DNA from: Thermoanaerobaculia bacterium
Lineage (GTDB): Bacteria > Acidobacteriota > Thermoanaerobaculia > UBA5066
Direction: 5' to 3'
Length of the DNA: 64,000 nucleotides
NCBI GenBank assembly: GCA_022071945.1
Contig: JAJVIN010000029.1
Location: 390 to 64,389 of the forward strand
Shown here: positions 53,971 to 62,849 of the stretch, piece after piece
Numbering within the stretch: the stretch's first letter is position 1
How the letters are laid out: the number at the start of each line of letters is the position of its first letter
The notes under the pieces: model-generated
Database searches by the model: none
The model's input: the letters and a program-made list of their open reading frames with translations, nothing else
What the model was told of the DNA's origin: nothing
Program-made: the position numbers and the translations under genes

Positions 53971-55497
53971 CTACTTTTTCTTGGGGGCCGGAGGCGGCGC
54001 GGAACCCGGGGGTGGTCCGACGATCGTGAACGGCAGGTTGGCCTCGATTGTCTTGTTGAGAACCGCGTCGACGACCTTCAGCCTGAACTCGAGGTCGCCA
54101 GGCTTGAAGTAGTCGCCCAGGTTGTTGTCGACGATGCTTCCGGCCATGTCGACGACGATGACCTCGCCCTCCTTGGCGGTCGGCACGACGGACGGCTCAT
54201 CGGGCGGGAGCGGGACGTCTTGGCCAGGACCGTTCTTGGGCTTGATCTTGATCGAGCGCTTCAGGTTGGTCTTGTGCGAGACCGGATCGACGCCGGGGTT
54301 GTAGATCCGGATCAGATAAGAGAGGCCGTCGGTCTTCTCGAACTTGCCCTCACCCTTCGACAAGAACTTCCGTTGAGAGAAGACGTACGGGTCGTCGGGC
54401 TTTCCGGTCTCCCACGGGATGTCGGCGTAAGCGAGGAGGACGGCGGAGGCGGCGAATTCGGTCGGGAGGGCGGAGACGTTGACCTTGCGGAAGGCCGTGT
54501 AGGCCGCCTTGCCGGTGGAGTCGAGGATCGCGGCCGCGACCCCGTACTCACCAGGAGTGACGGGCATCGCCTTGTCGGTGAAGTAGTTCGCCTGGTGCTT
54601 CTGGAACACAGCGGGCTGTTCGACCCGGGCCGCGTCCTTGCCTTCCTTGTTCTTCACGAGCAGGACGAGCTTCGCGCCCTCGGTGGACGCCAGGGAGGAA
54701 ACGGGCGTGTGGACCTGGACGATGAGGTTGAGGGCTCCGTCGCGAAACGCCAGCGACAGGAGGGAAAGCTGGCCGAACGGTTCCTTGGCAAAGAGGGGCT
54801 CCACGATCTCCCGGATCTGGGGGGAAAGCTGCGGGCCGCGTGCGGCCTCTGCCGCTGCTTCCTGCGCGGCGAGCATCTCCTTTTCGATCTGCTCCTTCGT
54901 CTTGTAGACGGGCGGAGTCTTCAGATCCGGGTTCTTGACGTAGGCCGCCGGGGCCTTCTGGGCGATTGTCTTGGCGGCCTTGGGAGACACGAGGACGTCC
55001 GAGTCGCCGCCCCCCTCCTTGCGGAAGAGAATCTCGATCTTCTTCTCGCCGGTCCAGGGCGGCAGTTCCTCGTAGATGAACTTGAAGAGTTCGCCTTGGT
55101 CCATGGGGGACCCTTCGCCGGAGCCGGGCGCTGCGGAGCGCTGGACCGACTTGGGGGGGCCGAGGAGAATGAGGAACTTGCCCCGTTCCGTCAGGGAGCC
55201 CTTGAGGGACTTGCCTCCGAAGGACTTGTCGGCGAGCTCTTTCAAGGAGTCGAACCGCAGTTTGAACTCGTTGGGCTGGGTCTTCAGGTCGGGGTCCCTC
55301 TTGGCCCAAAAGAGGTTGACGAACTTCTCGGCGTCGGCGTCCGAGGTGACGGTCTTCCAGGCTTTTTTCTCGTCGTCCGTGGCGAGATAGGAGAACTCCG
55401 GTGATTTCTCCCAGTCCTTGAACTGGTTGAGTTGAGCGTTTGCCACCGGGACGGCGGCGAGGAGGGCAAGAACAAACAGCGAGGGCCGCAGCTTCAT
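53971..55497 (-). CDS. GWxTD domain-containing secreted protein
   Basis: 508 aa, signal peptide. GWxTD-family signature region (NLFWAKRDPD). Lys-rich and noticeably lower GC than neighbours. Confidence 0.7.
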   Translation of the reverse strand: MKLRPSLFVLALLAAVPVANAQLNQFKDWEKSPEFSYLATDDEKKAWKTVTSDADAEKFVNLFWAKRDPDLKTQPNEFKLRFDSLKELADKSFGGKSLKGSLTERGKFLILLGPPKSVQRSAAPGSGEGSPMDQGELFKFIYEELPPWTGEKKIEILFRKEGGGDSDVLVSPKAAKTIAQKAPAAYVKNPDLKTPPVYKTKEQIEKEMLAAQEAAAEAARGPQLSPQIREIVEPLFAKEPFGQLSLLSLAFRDGALNLIVQVHTPVSSLASTEGAKLVLLVKNKEGKDAARVEQPAVFQKHQANYFTDKAMPVTPGEYGVAAAILDSTGKAAYTAFRKVNVSALPTEFAASAVLLAYADIPWETGKPDDPYVFSQRKFLSKGEGKFEKTDGLSYLIRIYNPGVDPVSHKTNLKRSIKIKPKNGPGQDVPLPPDEPSVVPTAKEGEVIVVDMAGSIVDNNLGDYFKPGDLEFRLKVVDAVLNKTIEANLPFTIVGPPPGSAPPPAPKKK

Positions 55498-55607
55498 CGG
55501 CGTTCCTTCCGGTTGAATCGCTGCGACGGGCGCAGCTCACCTACTATACTGCCGCTCCCGCTGCCCGGACTGCCCCGAGACTCCGCCCGGTGGTCCGGGG
55601 AAGCTCA

Positions 55608-57116
55608 AAGGAACCGATGGCGCGCGCGCAGGTCTCTCACTACAACCGCTTCCCGACGGGCATCGTGCAGGCGGTCCGCCAGGCATCGGTCCCTCCCTAT
55701 CTGCACGCGCTCCTCGCCCGCCTCGGGGCCGAAGTCGAGCTCGACGCGGACCTGCCCCCGCTCGAGGAGAGCCTCCCCGACAGCGCTCTCGCGCTCCTGA
55801 AGCTCGCGGCCCAGGACACGGCCCTCAGGCTCGGGAGCGTCACCGTGCTCGAGGAGGCCGACCCCATCCGCCTGCGCCTGCGTCACCGGGGGCGAAAGCT
55901 CGTCTTGGACCGTCAGGACCTCCTGGATCCAGCCCTCTCCTCGATCCTCGTCCGGCGCATCGCGGAAGAACTGCTCGACCCTCCGGCCGCCTCGCGCGCC
56001 CTGGAGAGGTTTGCCCGCGAGGCTCCGAGACAGGAGGCTCTCAGGCGTCTCACCCGCGAGATGCTCGGCACTCACAGCATCGACACCCTGCTCTACATCG
56101 CGCTCCTGGGAATCACCTCGGGTCTGGCTCTCGGATTCAACCGCGCGGTCCTCTTCACGCCCGAGGGCGACATCTGGAGGGGCCGGCGCGGCATCGGCCC
56201 CTCCGATGATGACGAAGCCCACCGCGTCTGGGAAGCGATCGAGTTCGAGGACATGACGATCGAGGACTTGATCGACGACTACGAGAGCAACCGGGTGGAC
56301 AGCCGGTTCGACCGGCACGTGCAGACCCTGACCCTGTCCGCCTCGGAGGATGCCGAGGATGAGATCAAGCTGGCCCTCGAAAGCGAAGAGCCTCTCAGGC
56401 TCGAGCGCGAGAGGGTGCACAACCCGGGCCTTGCCGCGCTCACGCCTCACCGGGAGTTCGTGATCTCGCGCGTAAGGTCGCGCAAGGAAGTCCGGGCGCT
56501 CCTTTTTGCCGACAATCTCTACACGGGCGCCGCCGTCGACGCCGAGGTGATGGGATTCCTGGGGTTTCTCCTGGATGCGACGGCCGTCGTCTGGGAGAAC
56601 CTGACACTTCTCGAACACGTCGACAGGCTCGCCCGGCGCGACGCCCTCACCGGCCTCTTCAACCGGCGCGAGTTCGAGATGCGCTTTGCCGAGGAGCAGT
56701 CCCGCTGCGAGAGGTCCGGCTCGAGCTGCTCGCTTCTCCTCATCGATGTCGACCACTTCAAGTCGATCAACGACGAGAAGGGGCATCACGCCGGAGACCA
56801 GGTTCTCAAGCTCGTGGGGGCCTGGCTCTCGATCGGCATGAGGCAGCACGATGTCGCGGCCCGGTACGGTGGAGACGAGTTCATCTTGCTCCTGCCCGGG
56901 GCCGGACCGAGAGACACCCGCTCCGTCGTGAGGCGCCTGGGCGCCGTCGCGAAGGAAAACGGGGTCTCCCTCAGCGTGGGCGCGGCGGCCTGGCCCGACC
57001 AGTGCGCCGGTTTCTCCGACCTCATCGACACGGCGGACGAGTGTCTCTACCGGGCCAAGAACGCCGGACGGGGACGCTGCGCGTTCCCCGGGGACGAGGA
57101 CCTGATCGTCTTCTGA
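55608..57116 (+). CDS. GAF-like sensor domain / GGDEF diguanylate cyclase
   Basis: ATG at 55608 after aaaggaacc. GGDEF core RYGGDEF and inhibitory-site RxxD. The longer ORF-track start overlaps the GWxTD gene. Confidence 0.8.
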   Translation, partial: KEPMARAQVSHYNRFPTGIVQAVRQASVPPYLHALLARLGAEVELDADLPPLEESLPDSALALLKLAAQDTALRLGSVTVLEEADPIRLRLRHRGRKLVLDRQDLLDPALSSILVRRIAEELLDPPAASRALERFAREAPRQEALRRLTREMLGTHSIDTLLYIALLGITSGLALGFNRAVLFTPEGDIWRGRRGIGPSDDDEAHRVWEAIEFEDMTIEDLIDDYESNRVDSRFDRHVQTLTLSASEDAEDEIKLALESEEPLRLERERVHNPGLAALTPHREFVISRVRSRKEVRALLFADNLYTGAAVDAEVMGFLGFLLDATAVVWENLTLLEHVDRLARRDALTGLFNRREFEMRFAEEQSRCERSGSSCSLLLIDVDHFKSINDEKGHHAGDQVLKLVGAWLSIGMRQHDVAARYGGDEFILLLPGAGPRDTRSVVRRLGAVAKENGVSLSVGAAAWPDQCAGFSDLIDTADECLYRAKNAGRGRCAFPGDEDLIVF

Positions 57117-57192
57117 GAACGGCGGGGACCCCGTCGAGAGGCCCCCGCCAGTGCGGGCCCCCGCCCAGGGCGGGCTCCCGCCCGGGATGGAC

Positions 57193-57666
57193 TCAGGAAG
57201 CCTTGTGGCCGGTGATCTGCTTGCCGATCGAGATCGGGATGGACTTGGGCTTCGTCTCCTCCCGCTTCGGGAGTTCGATCGTGAGCACGCCACTCTCGAG
57301 ATCCGCGCTGATGCGCAAGGGATCGACGTTCGACGGGAGACTGAAGGACCGGACGAACTGGCCGTAGCTGCGCTCGATGCGGTGGAAGTTCTTGCCCTCG
57401 GTCTTCTTCTCGAACTTGCGCTCTCCCCTCAGCGTCAGGATTCCCGCCTCGACATTGAGGGAAAGCTCCTCCTGCTTGAAGCCGGGAACCTCGACCGTGA
57501 AGAGAAGGCGGTCTTCGGTCTCCGCGATGTCGACGGGCGGAGCCCAGGCACCGGGCTGCAGCTCGTCACCACGGGACGCCCCGCCGAGCGCGTCGGAGAA
57601 GAGACGGTTCATTTCCTTCTGAAAGCCCTGGAGTTCACGGAAGGGGTCGTTCCAGCGGACCAGCAT
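57193..57666 (-). CDS. Hsp20/alpha-crystallin family small heat-shock protein
   Basis: 157 aa. Alpha-crystallin domain (FTVEVPGFKQEEL..GILTL, GVLTIELPK). Confidence 0.9.
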   Translation of the reverse strand: MLVRWNDPFRELQGFQKEMNRLFSDALGGASRGDELQPGAWAPPVDIAETEDRLLFTVEVPGFKQEELSLNVEAGILTLRGERKFEKKTEGKNFHRIERSYGQFVRSFSLPSNVDPLRISADLESGVLTIELPKREETKPKSIPISIGKQITGHKAS

Positions 57667-57756
57667 GATGAAAACCTCCTTGATCTTTCGAACTCCCGGG
57701 GGATCTTGCCCGGGATCTGCTGTTCGAACTGTAATTTAGGATCTTAGTGCCTACTT
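57667..57756 (-). promoter_or_regulatory. Hsp20 promoter (TTGACA-17-TAAATT on minus strand) and ~60-nt leader with nested palindromes; candidate RNA thermometer
   Basis: Minus-strand read: cTTGACAagtaggcactaagatccTAAATT ... cAGTTCGAACagcagatCCCGGGcaagatcccCCGGGAGTTCGAAagatcAAGGAGGttttATG. GTTCGAAC and CCCGGG are self-complementary and duplicated. Confidence 0.4.
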
Positions 57757-57839
57757 GTCAAGTTCCTTCAAGAGAGAAATCTGCTCGCTTCCCCGGCCAG
57801 GGGGAAGGGTTTAGGATCTTCGTCACACCGGAGGGCCGA

Positions 57840-58952
57840 ATGGACCTGTTTTCACTGAACGCGGATGTTTCGGAACTCATCCTTCGCAAGAACTACTCGA
57901 GGGCCGCCAAAGTGCTCCGGGCCCGCCTCGAGAAAGAGCCCAACAAGTCCTCGTTGAGGCAGCAGCTCGCCGACGTCCTCATCCTCGACGGACGCCGGGC
58001 GGAGGCGCTCCCGCTCCTGGAGTCCCTCGCGGACGAGTACGCCCAGGAGGGCTTCGTCGCCAAGGCCATCGCCGTCCTGAAGAAGATCCAGCGGCTCGAC
58101 CCGGCCAAGGTCTCCGTCGATGAAAAGCTCGCCCGCCTCTTCAAGGAAAAGGACGAACACACGAGCAAGGTGACCGCGATGCGACGGACCGGCCAGATCC
58201 CGATCCGGACCTCGGCCCCGCCTTCCGCCCCGGAGTTTCCTCAGAAGAGCGAGACCCCGACCGGCGACTTCATCATCGAGATGGGCGGCCAGGAAATGGT
58301 CATCGGCCCCGAACCGCCGCGTGCCATCCCCAGGCCCCTCGAACCCCCTCGCGCCTTCCCCGTGCCGCCCGCCATTCCGGGCTGGATGCCTCCATCCCTC
58401 TCACCCACCGAGTCGAGCGCCGAGTTCGCCACCCCCACGGGCGCCAGCGATTCGGAGATCCTCGACCTCGACGTGTCCGAGCCGGCCGCCGCGTCGGCAG
58501 CGGCTTCCTCGACCGTCGGCTCGGGCATCGCCAAGACCCCTCTTTTTTCTGACTTCAACACCGAGGAACTGGTCGCCGTCATCAAGGGCCTCCAGCTCCA
58601 TACCTACGAGCCGGGCGACATCATCGTCAGCGAGGGCGAGGCCGGCACCAGCCTTTACGTGATCTCGACGGGCGCGGTGAAGGCCTTCGTCAGGGACGCC
58701 TCCGGCCGGGCCCACCCGATCCGCCTCATGCAGGAGGGCGACTTCTTCGGCGAGATGGCCCTCCTCACGGGCCGGCCCCGGACCGCCACCATCACGGCCG
58801 CCACCGCCTGCGAGCTCCTCGAGCTCCACAGCGACAACGTCCGGCAGATCGTCGGCAGCTACCCCCGCGTCAACAACGTGCTCCGGGCCTTCTGCGAGAT
58901 CCGGATGCGCAACCCGGCCGAAACCCTGATCCGGCGCAAGGGCGCCGAGTAG
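57840..58952 (+). CDS. cyclic-nucleotide-binding (cNMP) domain protein with N-terminal TPR-like helical region
   Basis: ATG at 57840 after GGAGGG. cNMP-binding cassette (GDFFGEMALLTGRPRTATITA). Confidence 0.75.
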   Translation: MDLFSLNADVSELILRKNYSRAAKVLRARLEKEPNKSSLRQQLADVLILDGRRAEALPLLESLADEYAQEGFVAKAIAVLKKIQRLDPAKVSVDEKLARLFKEKDEHTSKVTAMRRTGQIPIRTSAPPSAPEFPQKSETPTGDFIIEMGGQEMVIGPEPPRAIPRPLEPPRAFPVPPAIPGWMPPSLSPTESSAEFATPTGASDSEILDLDVSEPAAASAAASSTVGSGIAKTPLFSDFNTEELVAVIKGLQLHTYEPGDIIVSEGEAGTSLYVISTGAVKAFVRDASGRAHPIRLMQEGDFFGEMALLTGRPRTATITAATACELLELHSDNVRQIVGSYPRVNNVLRAFCEIRMRNPAETLIRRKGAE

Positions 58953-58991
58953 CCGGCTCCGCCACGGGCCGTCCCCCCTTCTGCCGCCCTA

Positions 58992-59010
58992 GCGGAGGGC
59001 CGCCCTCCGC
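58992..59010. terminator. perfect hairpin gcggagggc-c-gccctccgc between convergent genes
   Basis: 9-bp stem between the cNMP gene stop (58952) and the esterase stop (59022). Confidence 0.45.
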
Positions 59011-59021
59011 GAGGACCGCCT

Positions 59022-60614
59022 TCAGCGCGGCAGGAGGGTTTTCGGGTCGTTCGTGTCGTTGTCGATCAAGGCGACATATCCGAAGACTCTTGCGTCGCCG
59101 CCCACGGGCGTCACCGTCAGCCGCGCCCCGTCGACGTCGCGCGATTCCCCGAGTTCCCTCACGACCCGCGTGACCTGGAGCATTCCGAGCGGCTTCAAGG
59201 AGTACTCCTTTTCCGCGACTCGCGATCCTCGGGAATCGAAGAGCGTCACCTTCACGGTCGCGGGGTCCTCCTGGCCGTTCATCAGGATGAGATTCGACCT
59301 CGCTCCCGAGTCCTCGCGCACCCCGAGGAATCTCCCCGGACGCTCGGCGGTGAAGGCCTCCGCGGCCGTGAAGACCGGCACCGCCTGGCCATAAGTCCCG
59401 TGCTCGGCGGGAGTCGACGTCAGACTCTGGCCCCGGATGTCGCCGCCCGAGGCGACGATCCGCAGGCCGCCGTATCCCGAGTCGAGCCCGGACACGGCGC
59501 GCACCACGTCCCGGATCGCGACGACCTCTCCCGGAGCGATCGTGTAGGACGTCTCGGGCCCCTTCGTGCCGTCCTCCTCGTGGCCGGTGAACTTCAGGTT
59601 GGCCCGCGACTCCGAGCTGCCCTCGTTGGCGAGCCAGAGATCCGTCGTCCAGTAGGCGTTCCCGAGTCCCGGTGTCCGCGCGATGGCGGGAAGGTAGAGA
59701 ACCGACTCGGAACTCGACTTCAGGCTCGCGTCGAGGAAGGCTTCGACCCGCGCCAGGTTCTCGGCGTTCGTGAACGCGGAGCCGCCGTGGCCGGCTCCCT
59801 GGATCACATGGAGGGTGGACGCGACTCCCGCCGCAGCGAGTACCGTCTGCAGCTCCTCGCTCTGCTTGACGGGCACCGTGCAGTCGTTCGATCCGTGCAT
59901 GATCAGAAACGGAGGATCGTCGGCCGAGGCGTAGGTCACCGGGCTCGCCGCCCTCGCCTTGTCGGGACAGGCGGCCACCATGCAGCCGATGAGCTGGTTG
60001 TGCGGCGCGGAGGGCGAGCTCCCGTCGATCACACTGCATGGCGGGGCCTGCGCGTCGATCGTCAGGAGGTCCGACGGGCCGTACCAGTCGACGACCGCCT
60101 GGACACGGCTCGAGGCGCTCCCGTTACCCAGATCGCCCTCCAGTTCCGGGACACCGCCCGAGGTGCCGAGAAGAGCGACCAGGTGGCCTCCGGCGGACCC
60201 TCCCCAGACGCCGACCCGGGCGGGATCGATCTTGTACGCTGCCGCGTTGGCCCGAAGCCACCGGATCGCGGCCTTGCAGTCGTGGCTCTGCGCCGGGAAC
60301 TTCGCCTGTCCGCTGAGGCGGTAGTTGATGCTGGCCACCACGTATCCGCGCGCCGTCTGGCGGACCTGCGCGCTCTGGGCCGCCAGCGCCTTGTCCCCCG
60401 AGATCCAGCCGCCCCCGTGGATCCAGACGATCAGCGGGAACGGACCGCTTCCCGACGGAACGTAGACATCGAGAGTCAGCGAGACTCCCTCCGCCCGGGC
60501 GTACTCGAGGTCGCGCCACGTCGTCACGGGCGCTCCCTGCGCGAAGAGTTCACGACCCCCGGTCGTGAGGAAAAGCAGGACGGCCAGTCGCGCGGCGTTT
60601 CCGACGTATCTCAT
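59022..60614 (-). CDS. secreted alpha/beta hydrolase (esterase/lipase, HGGG-type) with C-terminal beta-rich domain
   Basis: Start MRYVGNAARLAVLLFL at 60614 with GAGGG RBS. The ORF-track upstream extension is Arg/Gly-rich junk. HGGGW oxyanion motif, GGSAGG nucleophile. Confidence 0.75.
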   Translation of the reverse strand: MRYVGNAARLAVLLFLTTGGRELFAQGAPVTTWRDLEYARAEGVSLTLDVYVPSGSGPFPLIVWIHGGGWISGDKALAAQSAQVRQTARGYVVASINYRLSGQAKFPAQSHDCKAAIRWLRANAAAYKIDPARVGVWGGSAGGHLVALLGTSGGVPELEGDLGNGSASSRVQAVVDWYGPSDLLTIDAQAPPCSVIDGSSPSAPHNQLIGCMVAACPDKARAASPVTYASADDPPFLIMHGSNDCTVPVKQSEELQTVLAAAGVASTLHVIQGAGHGGSAFTNAENLARVEAFLDASLKSSSESVLYLPAIARTPGLGNAYWTTDLWLANEGSSESRANLKFTGHEEDGTKGPETSYTIAPGEVVAIRDVVRAVSGLDSGYGGLRIVASGGDIRGQSLTSTPAEHGTYGQAVPVFTAAEAFTAERPGRFLGVREDSGARSNLILMNGQEDPATVKVTLFDSRGSRVAEKEYSLKPLGMLQVTRVVRELGESRDVDGARLTVTPVGGDARVFGYVALIDNDTNDPKTLLPR

Positions 60615-60753
60615 TCGACCCTCGCTGCCGTTCAGACTGCCGCCCCGGCCTTCCGGTTTACGTCTAGGTCCGATCCAGGCGAATTCCTCCATCTCCCGTG
60701 GAACCTGCGCCCTGTCTCCGGCATCTGCCTGTTGAGACTCCGACGGAGGATCT

Positions 60754-61118
60754 GTGACGAGAACGCCCGTGCTGCTTCTTGCCCTTGCGCCCTTGTTGCC
60801 TGCGTCCGCCGAGCCGGCTCGGGATGCCGAGCCCTTCCACGCCCGGTGGGCGGCCGTCCTCTCACGCTTCGTCGACGATCGCGGGCGAGTCGACCACGCC
60901 GCTCTCGCCAAGGACCGCGCCGACCTCGACGCCGTCCCCGCAAGGACCTCGTCGCCATCGTCCGCCGCCTCGCCGAGGCCGGACTCCGCCCCGCTCTCTT
61001 CACCAATGGGATCCGGGCCTCGCGCGACCTTCCGGAAGAACTCGCATCCGCCGGACTCTTCGACGTCGCCTCCTCCGGGCCCGGCGACGTTGCCGGTCCA
61101 CCCGTCCTTGGGAGGTAA
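60754..61118 (+). pseudogene. Gene remnants: DUF547-like N-terminus (with signal peptide) followed out of frame by a radical-SAM-like fragment
   Basis: Frame 1: MTRTPVLLLALAPLLPASAEPARDAEPFHARWAAVLSRFVDDRGRVDHAALAKDRADLDA (DUF547-like start), then Pro/Ser junk. Another frame from ~60930: KDLVAIVRRLAEAGLRPALFTNGIRASRDLPEELASAGLFDVASS, ending at TAA 61116. Confidence 0.4.
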
Positions 61119-62666
61119 GTGAGACGGAGCCTCGCCCGCGCCGCGCTCGTCGCGATCGTCCTGGCGATGGCTTCCGTCGAAGGCACCAGCCTTCCCGAGC
61201 GGACTCCCCCACCGGATCACCCGTGCCTGCTGCCCGACAGTCTTTTCGCGCCGCTGGCGCGAGCGGACGGGATCGAGACCGCCCTCGCGCGGCTCGCGGA
61301 CGGCAAGGCCGTCCTGAGGACCGTCGCCCAGCTTCCGGCCCCACCCAGCCGTCTTCTCTCCCTTCTCGAGGACGTCGAGGGTTGGCCGCGGTTCATCAAG
61401 AGGATCAGGTCTCTTTCTCGGATTCCGGGAGAACGGCTCCTTCTCCACGTCTTCTTCAATGCCCCCTGGCCCCTCTCGGACCGCGACTACGGACTGCTCC
61501 CGGCCGTGTCCCGTGAGGCTTCCGGCGGAGGGACAGTCTTCTGGGAAGCCGCGTCGGCGCAACTGCCGCCGAAGCCGGCGGGAATCGTCCGGGTCGATCC
61601 CGTCCGCGGAGGATTCGCGGTCACACCGGTCGAAGCGACGGGAGGTTCGCGACTCGTCTACACCGAACTCGACTCTTTCGTCGAGACGCTCCCGGCGCCC
61701 GCGCGTGACGCGGCGCGGAGCCGGGGTCCGCGAGAGATCGTCTCGTCTCTCCGCGCGCTCCTCGCCTCCGAGGCGGCCGCCTGGCGAGCGCCCCCGGTCC
61801 CGGCTGCCGGCGGCCGTGCCCGGATCATCGCCGCCTCCACGCTCCAAGCCGAGATGAACTCGGCGTCACCGCCCCTGGTCCTCGACGCGCGGTCCAGGCG
61901 TGACTTCGCGGCCAGTCACATCCCCGGCTCCCGGCCGGTCGACTGGCGGGATTTCACCGCCGTCCGGCCGAACGTCGGAACGTACTTCTTCGGCGACCCT
62001 TCCCGCTGGGGCCTCCTTGCCGAATCGGGTCCGAAGCTCGTTACCCGGCTCCGCGAGCTCGGTCTTTCGCGCGGCCGTCCCATCGTGGTCGCAGGCGACC
62101 CTCACGGGTGGGGCGAGGAGGGGCGGATTGCCTGGATGCTCCTGGCCCTCGGCGCGAGCGATGTCGCCCTCCTCGACGGTGGGTTCCCCGCCTGGCGGAA
62201 CCTCCCCGGGACACCGATCGAACGGGGATCCGAGACCGTCGCCGCAGCAGGAGATTTCGACCCGCACCCGCAGCCGGGACGGCGCATCCTTCTCCAGGAA
62301 CTCCGGTCCGTCCTTTCCGAGGGCAGGCGCCCGATTCTCGATGCGCGGACCGAACAAGAATTCGAGGGGAAGACGCTCCGTGGGCAGAAGCGGGGCGGGC
62401 GGATCCCCGGAGCCCGGCTCGTGCCCGCGGTTTCTCTTCGTGATTCTGGCGGCCGGTACGTTTCCGCGGAGGCGCTCTCCCTCCTGACCGGCCCCCTCGA
62501 GCCCAAGTCTCCCCCGGTCACCTATTGCACCGGAGGAGTGAGATCCGCTCTCCTCGCGGTCCTCATCGAGGCTCGCCTCGGAATCGTGGCGGCCAACTAC
62601 GATGGCTCGCTCTGGGAGTGGGGAGCGCACCCGGAGCTTCCCCTGGCGACTGGAACGGCCCGCTGA
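61119..62666 (+). CDS. SRPBCC (START/polyketide-cyclase-like) domain fused to tandem rhodanese (thiosulfate sulfurtransferase) domains
   Basis: GTG start after GGAGGTAA. N-terminal ~190 aa is SRPBCC-like. Two rhodanese domains, the second with catalytic Cys loop YCTGGVRS. Confidence 0.75.
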   Translation: MRRSLARAALVAIVLAMASVEGTSLPERTPPPDHPCLLPDSLFAPLARADGIETALARLADGKAVLRTVAQLPAPPSRLLSLLEDVEGWPRFIKRIRSLSRIPGERLLLHVFFNAPWPLSDRDYGLLPAVSREASGGGTVFWEAASAQLPPKPAGIVRVDPVRGGFAVTPVEATGGSRLVYTELDSFVETLPAPARDAARSRGPREIVSSLRALLASEAAAWRAPPVPAAGGRARIIAASTLQAEMNSASPPLVLDARSRRDFAASHIPGSRPVDWRDFTAVRPNVGTYFFGDPSRWGLLAESGPKLVTRLRELGLSRGRPIVVAGDPHGWGEEGRIAWMLLALGASDVALLDGGFPAWRNLPGTPIERGSETVAAAGDFDPHPQPGRRILLQELRSVLSEGRRPILDARTEQEFEGKTLRGQKRGGRIPGARLVPAVSLRDSGGRYVSAEALSLLTGPLEPKSPPVTYCTGGVRSALLAVLIEARLGIVAANYDGSLWEWGAHPELPLATGTAR

Positions 62667-62740
62667 GAGCCGGTCCGGAGCGTGCCTCAGGCCCCTTCGA
62701 CTCTCTCGCGGAGCGAATCCCGGTGGACGAACGCACACCC

Positions 62741-62803
62741 TCGCCGAGATGGAGCGCCAGCACATCGAGGCGGTCCTCGAGGAGTGCGGTTGGCGGGTCA
62801 ACG
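62741..62803 (+). pseudogene. Possible remnant of an NtrC/Fis-type C-terminal HTH (LAEMERQHIEAVLEECGWRVN)
   Basis: 21-codon stretch resembling the EREhIlrALeetgGN block of sigma-54 activators, with no upstream AAA+ domain and no intact downstream HTH. Confidence 0.25.
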
Positions 62804-62849
62804 CCTGTTGCGGTGGCCGAAGCCCCCCTGTAGACGTTGCCGACTGTCT

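Noticed and set aside
57720-57760. CIRCE (HrcA) element upstream of Hsp20
   Set aside because: ttagtgcc superficially resembles TTAGCACTC, but there is no GAGTGCTAA partner at 9-nt spacing. A sigma-70-like TTGACA-17-TAAATT promoter explains the region better.
60632-61186. 184-aa minus-strand ORF across the remnant region
   Set aside because: Arg-rich (RRRGRRGPWRERRGR...) antisense artefact of the GC-rich remnant sequence.
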